Virus record (IMG/VR): IMGVR_UViG_3300007542_000024
Length of the DNA: 20,000 bases
From: an uncultured virus (IMG/VR IMGVR_UViG_3300007542_000024)
Lineage: Duplodnaviria > Heunggongvirae > Uroviricota > Caudoviricetes
Strand: one strand, 5' to 3'
This document shows, piece after piece, positions 1-7,525 of this stretch. Made by a program: the position numbers and the translations under genes. Each line of letters starts with the position of its first letter. Within the stretch, counting starts at the first letter, position 1. Below the pieces are notes generated by a model. That model did no database searches. It saw nothing but the letters and a program-made list of their open reading frames with translations, and had not been told where the DNA came from.

Positions 1-447
1 TTGAAGTCGCTGCGGCTGGCCCGAGGCACCCAACCCGCCCAAGGCGCCTTTGCTCTGATGGGGCAGGGCGGGACTCCCATCGTCGGGCAGATGGGCTTCC
101 GCACCTCGGGCGAAGGCCTGGCGCAGACCCTGCGCCAGGCTGGGATGGGAGGGGACGTCGCGCGGCGCTACGTCATGGAGTCCTCCCCCTCGGTGGTCCA
201 CGCCTTCCCCGAAGGGATGGAGTGGCGCAACATCATCGAGGACTCGCGTGAGGTCTACAAGCGCAAGCACGGCAAGTTGCCGAAGTCCGGTGCCCGTCTG
301 AAGATCCTGAGCAAGATCCTGGCCGAGAAGAGCGTGGGCGCGGCGCGCAGCGCGCTTCCCTTTGCTCTCTTGGGCGGCGGACTCGCCGCGCTTCGGGTAC
401 GTTCGAAGCGCCAGCAAGCCGAAGACCTCCGACGGAGAATCGGATGA
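1..447 (+). CDS. Hypothetical protein, probably 5'-truncated; C-terminal Gly-rich hydrophobic segment (putative virion protein)
   Basis: Open frame from the window edge; its TGA overlaps the ATG of the next gene (ATGA, 444-447); ends with LPFALLGGGLAAL followed by basic residues. Confidence 0.7.
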   Translation: MKSLRLARGTQPAQGAFALMGQGGTPIVGQMGFRTSGEGLAQTLRQAGMGGDVARRYVMESSPSVVHAFPEGMEWRNIIEDSREVYKRKHGKLPKSGARLKILSKILAEKSVGAARSALPFALLGGGLAALRVRSKRQQAEDLRRRIG

Positions 448-1490
448 GCACCTCCATGACCGATCGTGAAGCCCTGATCCGCTTCCTGCAGCTCCCTGCC
501 TCACAGCGGCAGGAGGTGGCGCAGTCCGTGCGCAAGGCCGGGAAGGCTGGCAGGGTCGCAGGCGGCGCTGCGGGCTTCACCGCGGGTGCCGTGGCCACCA
601 GCCCGCTCATCCGAGCCATCGCCAAGGTGAAGAACCCCGTCACGCAGACCCTGCTGCTCTCCGCCACGGTGGGAGCGGGGCACGTGGCCCCCACCATGGC
701 AGGCGCCCGACTCGGCAAGCGAGTGGCCGAGAAGCGCCACTTCAAGGGGAAGCTGAAGCGCCTGCAGGCGCCGGCTCTCATGCAGTCGGGGTACCCCCTG
801 CAGAAGGCAGCCCAGGACAGCCGGGAGGACATCGTACTCCGCGGCCGAACGATGGCGCATGCCTTCTACGACGAGATCGAGAAGTTGGCGGAAGCCGCCG
901 TGCGCCGTGAGCGCTTGATGCCCAAGGAGTCTCCCGTGCAGGGTGTCCTGGGTGCCGATGTGGAGCAGGAAGACGACAAGAACGCGCGCGCGGTCCCTGT
1001 GCTGGACCCGCCGCCTGGCTACGTGTTCTCCCCCGAGCTCGGAGCCTTCACGCCCGACCCCGCCAACCCTGGCTGGATGACGCCTGAGCAGGCCGAAGAG
1101 GCCCGCAAGCACAAGCTCTACTACGATGAGGGCTACCAGGCGGCCGCGCAGAACCAGGAAGAGGTGGCCCAGATGGAGCAGCAGGGCGCCCAGATGTCAC
1201 CGCAGCCCGGGATGCCGGGTACGCCTGGCGACATCGCGGGCTCTGGTCAGGGGCCTGCAGCGATGCAGCCCGGTGCCGATCCTGCTGCCGGTCAGGCCGC
1301 AGCCGCGGGCCAGCCCGCACAACCCGGGGGCCAGGCGGCAGCGCCTGCTCCCGGCACGGAGGCGGCAGCGCAAGCTGCGGGACAGCCCACGCCTCCCCCT
1401 GCCCCGGAGGCTGAGCAGCCGGCCTCTTCCCCGTCGCCCAAGAACAAGAAGCCTTCGTCCCGGGACATCACCATCAAGGTGAGCCGGTAG
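444..1490 (+). CDS. Putative virion/internal head protein with Gly-zipper-like segments, internal AFYDEIEKLA motif and Pro/Ala/Gln-rich tail
   Basis: 348-aa ORF; GGAG upstream; ATGA coupling; VAGGAAGFTAGAVA segment; motif encoded at 861-890; low-complexity C-terminal third. Confidence 0.75.
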   Translation: MSTSMTDREALIRFLQLPASQRQEVAQSVRKAGKAGRVAGGAAGFTAGAVATSPLIRAIAKVKNPVTQTLLLSATVGAGHVAPTMAGARLGKRVAEKRHFKGKLKRLQAPALMQSGYPLQKAAQDSREDIVLRGRTMAHAFYDEIEKLAEAAVRRERLMPKESPVQGVLGADVEQEDDKNARAVPVLDPPPGYVFSPELGAFTPDPANPGWMTPEQAEEARKHKLYYDEGYQAAAQNQEEVAQMEQQGAQMSPQPGMPGTPGDIAGSGQGPAAMQPGADPAAGQAAAAGQPAQPGGQAAAPAPGTEAAAQAAGQPTPPPAPEAEQPASSPSPKNKKPSSRDITIKVSR

Positions 1491-1502
1491 AGGAGACCCC
1501 CC

Positions 1503-2258
1503 ATGGCCACGATGTCCGACTGGAACTTCTTCAACCGCAACGTACAGAGCGGCATGCTCGAGGGGCGGTTCATGAATGCGGCCTTCACGCTGGTGGCCGC
1601 GGGGCCGCCACGGCTCGCCGCAGCCGGCGTGGACGTGGAGAGCGGCGAGCTCACGGAGCTGGGCAACATCGCCTACCCCATCGGCGTGCTGCAGAGCATC
1701 AACCTGGGCCAGAACTCCAACATCGTCCGGCTGTGGGAGATCGGCTCCATGCGGAGCTACTTCGCCCGCGGGCGGACCATGGGTCAGGTCGGGCTCGGCC
1801 GCATCATGTACCACGGCCCCTCCCTGCTGCGCGTGATGTACGCCTACCTGGGCGGGCGGCTCGACACGGGCGAGGAGTTCCTCGCGCTGTACGAGAACTC
1901 GGCCAAGGCCAAGCTCAACACCAGCGGTGAGGAGGGAGGCAAGCAGGTCTACCGGCTCCCGCCGGGCTACGAGAACCTGTGGCTGGACCTGGCCTCCGAC
2001 GTCTTCGACCAGCCCATCGGCCTGCTGGTCTACATGCGCGACTCCAACGAGGACACCATCGGCGCGTTCTACCTGGAGTACTGCATGATCGCCAACCACG
2101 GGTGGATGGCGGACGCCTTCGGCACCATCATGTCCGAGAACGTCGGCGTGATGTACGAGCGCATCATCCCCATCGACATCCGTGCCGTGGAGCTCATCCG
2201 GTCCAGCGAGGACGTGGAGAGCATCGTGGGCGCGAACGTGATCGGCAGCGCGGCCTAG
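1503..2258 (+). CDS. Phage tail tube-like structural protein
   Basis: 251 aa; GAGGAG SD; strong GC3 bias; IGVLQSINLGQNSNIVRLWEIGS...GRTMGQVGLGRI pattern resembles contractile-tail tube (gp19-like fold) proteins. Judged by eye; the gene is solid, the product call is moderate. Confidence 0.6.
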   Translation: MATMSDWNFFNRNVQSGMLEGRFMNAAFTLVAAGPPRLAAAGVDVESGELTELGNIAYPIGVLQSINLGQNSNIVRLWEIGSMRSYFARGRTMGQVGLGRIMYHGPSLLRVMYAYLGGRLDTGEEFLALYENSAKAKLNTSGEEGGKQVYRLPPGYENLWLDLASDVFDQPIGLLVYMRDSNEDTIGAFYLEYCMIANHGWMADAFGTIMSENVGVMYERIIPIDIRAVELIRSSEDVESIVGANVIGSAA

Positions 2259-3352
2259 GCTACGCGAGGTACCGCGGGAGCCGCTCCGGCAGCGCCCGGG
2301 GCAGCGGGCTGAGGGATGCGCCGGTGGCGGAAGTTCCCGGCGGCGGGCTGCAGCTCTGCACGCATGGCGGGGTTCTGCGGGCGGTCCTCCAGGTGACGCT
2401 TGAGGGCCACCGCGCCCGTCAGGCCCGCAAGGGCTCCGCCTCCGATCATGGCCGGAACGCCGGTGAGGTGCTTCAGTCGGAAGTACCTGTAGGCCGAGGG
2501 GGCCCGCGGGACCTTCCCCGTGGCCGCGGTGATGGCTGCCTTCTCACGCGACATCGCCTTGGACTTGGCCTCGCCCACGGCGTGCTCGGCCTGGCGGAAC
2601 ACGCCCTGGCGGTCGAAGCCCCGCTGTGGGGCGAAACGAGCCTCGACGCCCGTGTCCACCTTGAGCTTGTCCCCGCCCAACCCGTCGAAGGCCGACCGGA
2701 TGCTCTTGGACATCCGGTCGTAGTCGTAGACGTCCATCTGCCAGGCGCCGCGCTTCCGCCGCTCGAGCTGCTTCCGGATCTGGGCGGTGGGCTTCTCCAG
2801 CCGGATGGCCACATCGAAGTGACCCGGGTTGGCCTTGGTGAAGATGTGGCTCTGGTCCATGACGATGCCCTTGCGGCCCTTCAGCCCAGCGCTCTCGATG
2901 TACTTCTCGACCTGGCGCCCCTTGGTGAGGTGCTTGCCAGCCGCGTCCAGGTCGCGATGCTCCAGGCCGAGCTGCCTGGCGAGCTCGCGCGCCAGCGTGG
3001 TCTTGCCCGTGCCTCCCGTGGCGCCGATTGCGATGTTGATCTTCTTCGGATCCAGGCCTCGGCGTCGAATCTCCTTGGCGATGGCCTTGGCCTGCGCGAT
3101 GACCTGGGGAGGGGTGCCCCGCTTGGCCGCTTCCTGGGCCTCTATCGCCCGGGCGCCTCCCTTGCCGATGCTGGCGAGGTGGGCGCCGAGCTCGATGCGC
3201 AAGCCCTTGTACCTGCCCAGCACCCCGGCGGTACCCGCGGCCGTTCCGGCAGCCGCGCCGCCGGCTCCGGCCATCACGTCACCCTCGTCCACACGGGGAG
3301 CAGCGATCTTCTCGAGCTCGTCACAGAAGGCGTAGTAGGTCGTGCCGGACAT
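2255..3352 (-). CDS. P-loop NTPase of nucleoside/nucleotide kinase type, with N-terminal AFCDELEKIA motif and Gly/Ala-rich hydrophobic segments
   Basis: INIAIGATGGTGKTTLARELARQLGLEHRDLD is a Walker A in an NMP/shikimate-kinase-like context; GIVMD is Walker B-like; GGAGG SD upstream; stop shares the palindromic CTAG (2255-2258) with the convergent gene. Confidence 0.75.
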   Translation of the reverse strand: MSGTTYYAFCDELEKIAAPRVDEGDVMAGAGGAAAGTAAGTAGVLGRYKGLRIELGAHLASIGKGGARAIEAQEAAKRGTPPQVIAQAKAIAKEIRRRGLDPKKINIAIGATGGTGKTTLARELARQLGLEHRDLDAAGKHLTKGRQVEKYIESAGLKGRKGIVMDQSHIFTKANPGHFDVAIRLEKPTAQIRKQLERRKRGAWQMDVYDYDRMSKSIRSAFDGLGGDKLKVDTGVEARFAPQRGFDRQGVFRQAEHAVGEAKSKAMSREKAAITAATGKVPRAPSAYRYFRLKHLTGVPAMIGGGALAGLTGAVALKRHLEDRPQNPAMRAELQPAAGNFRHRRIPQPAAPGAAGAAPAVPRVA

Positions 3353-3369
3353 GGTACCTCCGAAGCACT

Positions 3370-3385
3370 CCTATCATAGCGAAAA
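3370..3385 (-). promoter_or_regulatory. Putative late promoter TTTTCGCTATGATAGG
   Basis: 13/16 identical to 16575-16590; both lie just upstream of genes carrying the FxxELEKxA motif. Confidence 0.45.
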
Positions 3386-3438
3386 GGGAGATGGGCCGCT
3401 CCGCGCCCCCTCGACCATGCGAGGAGGCGCGGAGCAGC
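3381..3438 (-). terminator. 19-bp hairpin followed at a short distance by TTTT; probable terminator of the - strand operon
   Basis: Arms 3395-3413 and 3420-3438 pair fully on the - strand with two G-U wobbles; T-tract at 3382-3385. Confidence 0.6.
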
Positions 3439-3470
3439 GGGTGGAGGCAGTGTTCTCCCGACTCAAGAGG

Positions 3471-3483
3471 CTTATCCCCGAAA
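3471..3483 (-). promoter_or_regulatory. Repeated promoter-like motif TTTCGGGGATAAG
   Basis: Matches the TTTC-N4-ATAAG copies at 7459, 8503 and 9065; intergenic. Confidence 0.55.
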
Positions 3484-3496
3484 CCCGGGGCTGATT

Positions 3497-4135
3497 CTAC
3501 AGCTCGAAGCCCTTCAAGAAGTCGTCGATCTCATCGTCCTCGAGGCCGAGCTCGTCCTCGGCCGGCGTGGCGACCTTCTCCTTGCCCTTCGGCTTGTCCA
3601 CCTGGCACTCTCCCAGCCCCAGCGGGTCGCAGTCAGCGTGCTCGCAGTCGCGGCAGAGGTCCTCGTTGTAGTCCGAGGCGGTCAGGTCGTGCACGGTCGA
3701 ATCGGCCGGACCCATGGGGCGGGCGCAGCAGGCGCAGGGCTTCAGGTCTTCCTCGAGGTCACCTCGGCTGGGCTTGGGGGTGCCGCGGGGGCGCTTGGTC
3801 TTCTTGGGGGCCAGGATGACCGGGTGGATGCTGCGCCACAGCCTGGGGAGTTCCGGGGCAGGGTGCATCGTCCAGGCGCCCAGGTGGTCGCCCAAGGCGA
3901 TGAGGATCTTGGCGTACAGTCCGTTGTTGCTCGTGTGGGCGCGCACCTGGCGCCAGCTCAGCCCCTGATCCGCTCCGGGCAGGCCGGCGCAGAAGGCCAG
4001 GATCTCACCCTTGCGCTGCTCGACAGCCTCTCGGTCGAGCTCGACGGCGTCTGTGACCTCGGGACCGTACCGCAGGCGCAGGCAGGGGGCACGGTCACCG
4101 GCGAGCAGCTCGCCTACGCTGAACGTGCGAGCCAT
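3497..4135 (-). CDS. Hypothetical phage protein with C-terminal Cys-rich (Zn-binding) segment and acidic tail
   Basis: 212 aa; CACC...CRDC...C...C; GGAGG SD; ATG abuts the upstream TAG. Confidence 0.75.
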   Translation of the reverse strand: MARTFSVGELLAGDRAPCLRLRYGPEVTDAVELDREAVEQRKGEILAFCAGLPGADQGLSWRQVRAHTSNNGLYAKILIALGDHLGAWTMHPAPELPRLWRSIHPVILAPKKTKRPRGTPKPSRGDLEEDLKPCACCARPMGPADSTVHDLTASDYNEDLCRDCEHADCDPLGLGECQVDKPKGKEKVATPAEDELGLEDDEIDDFLKGFEL

Positions 4136-4951
4136 CTACACCTCCCCGATCTCCACCATCAAGGGATCCACCTCGCGGAGCTTGGCGGTGATGATGGGGG
4201 CGATCTCGGCTTCGTCCCATGCGGGGAGCGCCTCGGGGTGGACCTCCTGCACCACGCGGGACATCACCATCGCCAGGTGATCGGGGGCGATGTTGTAGCC
4301 CCGCCGGAGGAACTTCACGACGCGGAGCAGGGAGCCGCCAGCTTCCTCCTCACGCATCGGCCGCATGTAGGCCAGGCGTTTGGCGGCCAGGTCGGCGTAG
4401 TACCGGGGGTGGCACATGGAGGTCCATCCCGGTTGGCGGCGCAGGGCAGCATGCGAGGCGCGCTCGCGCTTCTGGAAGTCGTCCGCGGGGCCGCCGAACA
4501 GGGCTGCCTGCTCGCCCTCGGTATGACGCATCCACAGCCCCGCGGAGGCGATGGTGAAGTCGAAGGACAGCAGCATCTTGGTGGGGTTGCTGTAGGTCCA
4601 GCGGTGGACCACCTGCACCGCCGTTCGCCAGCGGCGGACGGTGTAGGCGTTGTCGGTGACCCAGATGTGGCCCTTGTCCACACCGGCCTCGAAGCTCTCT
4701 TCGAGCAGGAAGGCCGTCACGGTCTGCGCCAGTTCCTTGTCGTCGACGATGAGGTCGATGTCGTTGACCGGCGTGCCCGAGATGGTGGAGCGGATGAACC
4801 CGCCGGCGACGAACACGCGCCCGGGGTACTCACAGAGTACCTCGAGGATGCGCTGGGGCAGGACGCGCAGGCAGAACTGGAGGTCTTCCCACAGCAGCTG
4901 GCCCATAGGCTGGGCAGCCGTGGTGCAGGGGTCGAGCGGCTCTTGGGTCAT
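4136..4951 (-). CDS. Nucleotidyltransferase, CCA-adding enzyme/poly(A) polymerase head-domain-like
   Basis: VFVAGGFIRSTISGTPVNDIDL matches the class II NTase hGG..R...DxD signature; FDFTI corresponds to the RDFTIN motif; no HD domain visible. Confidence 0.8.
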   Translation of the reverse strand: MTQEPLDPCTTAAQPMGQLLWEDLQFCLRVLPQRILEVLCEYPGRVFVAGGFIRSTISGTPVNDIDLIVDDKELAQTVTAFLLEESFEAGVDKGHIWVTDNAYTVRRWRTAVQVVHRWTYSNPTKMLLSFDFTIASAGLWMRHTEGEQAALFGGPADDFQKRERASHAALRRQPGWTSMCHPRYYADLAAKRLAYMRPMREEEAGGSLLRVVKFLRRGYNIAPDHLAMVMSRVVQEVHPEALPAWDEAEIAPIITAKLREVDPLMVEIGEV

Positions 4952-5247
4952 CCGGCACTCCGCCCGGGGTAGCCGGGGATCGGCTCGCGCGGCTTGAGGC
5001 CCACGCAGACCCAGGCCTCGTTCTCGGGGACGTTGAGCTGCTTGGCGGTCTCGATGTTCATGGAGAGCACCTGGGGGCCCGTGGCGCCCTGGAGCTGCAC
5101 GCAGAAGCGCTTGGGAGGCCTGCCAGAGCGGTGGGGGATGACCTGGGCGGGCACTTCGTCGCCCGACTTGCCGCCAGGCGGCATCAGGAGGACCCGGTCA
5201 CCGACCTTGAGCGGGCCGATGGGGGTGTTGATGTGTTCGGAAGGCAT
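4948..5247 (-). CDS. Hypothetical protein (possible SH3/KOW-like barrel)
   Basis: Start moved to ATG 5247 (GAGAGG SD, 2 nt after the upstream TAG); LKVGDRVLL pattern; 99 aa. Confidence 0.65.
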   Translation of the reverse strand: MPSEHINTPIGPLKVGDRVLLMPPGGKSGDEVPAQVIPHRSGRPPKRFCVQLQGATGPQVLSMNIETAKQLNVPENEAWVCVGLKPREPIPGYPGRSAG

Positions 5248-5249
5248 GA

Positions 5250-5885
5250 CTACCTCTCGTTGAGTGCCCGAAGTCGAGTTTTCTGCTCTTCGGACATGGG
5301 GGTGGACTTCACGTCGACGGGCTTGAAGGCGTAGGGCAGGGAGCGGAACACGTTCTCGCGGAACCACATGTGGATGCACATCCCACCGTCGACGTCGGTG
5401 TTGAGGTCGTAGCCGAGCAGGCCTGCGCCGGCGCGGCGAAGAAGTTCGGCTGCGTAGGCCCCGTGCGTGGCCCACACGGGGATCTGTCCGGTGGCCTCCA
5501 CGAGCTCTGGGCAGACGGTGAGGTTGATCTCATCCCACTTGCCGCCGCGACCGGCGAGCTCATCGATGAGGAAGGCCACCTGGGGGTCGCTACCCTGCCC
5601 CACGGGCTTGAAGGCGTAGGCGAGCGAGCGGAAGGCTCGCGCATCCACGCGGATGCGCCCGCTGCGGGTGCGGGCATCGAGTTGGTGCGCCACGAGACGT
5701 GACCCGCAGCGACGGAGGACCTGCGCAAGCAGGTTCCCGTAGGTGGCGGCTACCTCCACGTAGCCTTTCTCGAGCTCTCCCCGGGACACGGTCATGCTGA
5801 CCTCGTCGGAGGGCGAGCCGTACCTGTTGACGACAGCCAGGGCATCCCTGGCTTGCTGAGCTGTCTCTACGTTGTGCCAATTCAT
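5250..5885 (-). CDS. Hypothetical protein made of two tandem homologous domains
   Basis: AFRSLAYAFKPV and VFRSLPYAFKPV; DEVSMTV and DEINLTV; AQVLRRCG and AELLRRAG. Confidence 0.8.
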   Translation of the reverse strand: MNWHNVETAQQARDALAVVNRYGSPSDEVSMTVSRGELEKGYVEVAATYGNLLAQVLRRCGSRLVAHQLDARTRSGRIRVDARAFRSLAYAFKPVGQGSDPQVAFLIDELAGRGGKWDEINLTVCPELVEATGQIPVWATHGAYAAELLRRAGAGLLGYDLNTDVDGGMCIHMWFRENVFRSLPYAFKPVDVKSTPMSEEQKTRLRALNER

Positions 5886-6031
5886 GTGTCACCTGTTTCG
5901 GCGGGTGGCTCCGCATTCCCGTGCTCCCCGGACGGCCCTGTCCCTCTCGGGCAGTCGACCTCCTCCCCCATTCGACGGTTCACCGCACGGGCACGCGCTT
6001 CCACTCCACACTGGCCGGTTGACCATGCTGC

Positions 6032-6256
6032 TTATGCCCGTTTCCGGCCGCGGTTCTCGGTCGTCAGGGCGCGGTCCATGGCCATCCAGAAGGCGAGGAT
6101 GCCCTGGATGATCGTGGAGTTGGAGATGTGCTTGCGGAAGGGGCGGACGATGCTACTGCGCTGTAGCTCGCTCTTCTTGCGCTCGATGAACGCTGCCTGC
6201 TCGGGAGGGATGCGGATGGTCATCTGCACCATCCCCTTCGACTTCTTGCGGGTCAT
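6032..6256 (-). CDS. Ribbon-helix-helix-like DNA-binding protein
   Basis: 74 aa; alternating strand MVQMTIRIP, helix PEQAAFIERK, then SNSTIIQGIL; AGGAG SD. Confidence 0.6.
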   Translation of the reverse strand: MTRKKSKGMVQMTIRIPPEQAAFIERKKSELQRSSIVRPFRKHISNSTIIQGILAFWMAMDRALTTENRGRKRA

Positions 6257-6806
6257 TCGCCTCTCCTTGCTGCAGCGTCGCGATGTACGCCTTCCAGGCT
6301 TCTACGTCTCTTCTTTGTACCCAGACTTGCCGCGGGTTGCCAGCGTTCCACCGGGCAGTGCCTCGACTTCCCGGGAACTTGAAGGTGACGTAGCCTCCGG
6401 TTTCCTCGACCCCGGGGGAGACGTCAGTGACGGTGGCCTGGGGCCAGCGACGGCGCACTTCGGCTTCGGCGTGCTCGGCTCGTTCGCGGGAGCGCTCCTT
6501 CAGCTCGAGGAACTCGCACGTGTGCGCATGCGTCACGGCGAAGCGCCCGTTGCCTGGCGAGCTGTAGACGCGCAGAGCGTGCGTGCAGCCCTCGGGGAGG
6601 TCCGAGGCGAAGACCCAGCGCGCGTAGTAATAGCGGAGGGGCCCCATGTACGGGACGGCCGCGTCTTCGTCGCACTCGAACTCTACGAGGTAGTCGGCGA
6701 GCGCCTCGAGGTAGGTCCCGCGGTCCACGTGCCCCCGCACGTAGTACTCGACGGGATCCCCGTCCCACACCAGGGGGAGGACCTCTCCCACGGCAGCGGA
6801 CGGCAT
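6153..6806 (-). CDS. Hypothetical protein
   Basis: Start at ATG 6806 (TGATG overlap, GAGG SD); the last 104 nt overlap the RHH-like gene. Confidence 0.7.
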   Translation of the reverse strand: MPSAAVGEVLPLVWDGDPVEYYVRGHVDRGTYLEALADYLVEFECDEDAAVPYMGPLRYYYARWVFASDLPEGCTHALRVYSSPGNGRFAVTHAHTCEFLELKERSRERAEHAEAEVRRRWPQATVTDVSPGVEETGGYVTFKFPGSRGTARWNAGNPRQVWVQRRDVEAWKAYIATLQQGEANDPQEVEGDGADDHPHPSRAGSVHRAQEERATAQ

Positions 6807-7228
6807 CAGAACCTCGTGGACGGGCGCCTGGAGTCGGGCCACCCGTCGAACAGCTCGACGATGCGCATGCCAGCGGACTGAGGATACTCGCGAAACTCGG
6901 GGTCCTCGAGGGTGCCGTCCGCCTGGCGCGCGGCCCACTCTTGCTGCATCAGCTTGTCGTTCGCCCAGTTGGGGAAGCCCTGCGCGTAGTCGATGGCGAA
7001 CCCGAGCATCGCGTCGGTGACGCGGCCGCGACGGAGTGCCAGGTCCGTGTGCCCCAGGGCATCCAGACGCTCCGAGAGGACGTACAGGTGGTCGCCGGCG
7101 TCCGTGGAGTCCTTCGTCTGCACGAGCATCGAAGCCACGCGGCGTACCTCCTCGGCTGTCGGGGAGGTCTCGAAGTCGTCATGGGCGATGGCGAACGCCT
7201 TGAGCGACGTATGCTGGATCAGTTCCAT
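6806..7228 (-). CDS. Hypothetical protein
   Basis: 140 aa; GC3-biased; overlaps both neighbours. Confidence 0.7.
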   Translation of the reverse strand: MELIQHTSLKAFAIAHDDFETSPTAEEVRRVASMLVQTKDSTDAGDHLYVLSERLDALGHTDLALRRGRVTDAMLGFAIDYAQGFPNWANDKLMQQEWAARQADGTLEDPEFREYPQSAGMRIVELFDGWPDSRRPSTRF

Positions 7229-7419
7229 CGTTCAACGCTCTCCCGGATGCTCTCCAGCGTCTCCCACATCTTGTCGGTAACGCGGTTCGTGGCGCGGGCG
7301 GTCTCGCTCATCCCCTCCACGAGCTGCGCCCAGCGTCCGGACGCGCGGCAGGATGAGGGGAGGTCGGCAATGTCTTGGAGCAGGTCGTCGGCCTGCTCGA
7401 GGAAGGAGTCGGAGTCCAT
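7219..7419 (-). CDS. Small helical hypothetical protein
   Basis: Start moved to ATG 7419 (GAGGT SD), downstream of the promoter motif at 7459; 66 aa. Confidence 0.7.
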   Translation of the reverse strand: MDSDSFLEQADDLLQDIADLPSSCRASGRWAQLVEGMSETARATNRVTDKMWETLESIRESVERWN

Positions 7420-7458
7420 GGGTACCTCACGTAGGGAGTCACGAGGGGGAGTACTACC

Positions 7459-7471
7459 CTTATGCGCGAAA
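7459..7471 (-). promoter_or_regulatory. Repeated promoter-like motif TTTCGCGCATAAG
   Basis: Intergenic, about 40 nt upstream of ATG 7419. Confidence 0.65.
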
Positions 7472-7487
7472 GAGAGCGCGAACGCCA

Positions 7488-7513
7488 GCCCCCTCTGGCA
7501 GGCCAGAGGGGGC
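7488..7513 (-). terminator. GC-rich hairpin, probable terminator
   Basis: GCCCCCTCTGGC / GCCAGAGGGGGC inverted repeat just after the stop at 7526; no adjacent U-run. Confidence 0.55.
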
Positions 7514-7525
7514 CGGGGGAGAGTC

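Noticed and set aside
1170..1440. Pro/Ala/Gln-rich stretch as a tandem DNA repeat or collagen-like region
   Set aside because: Low-complexity protein sequence without a regular period or Gly-X-Y pattern.
5760..5785. RGELEKGY in the 5250-5885 protein as a sixth copy of the tag
   Set aside because: Lacks the conserved Phe and terminal Ala and lies inside a repeated domain.
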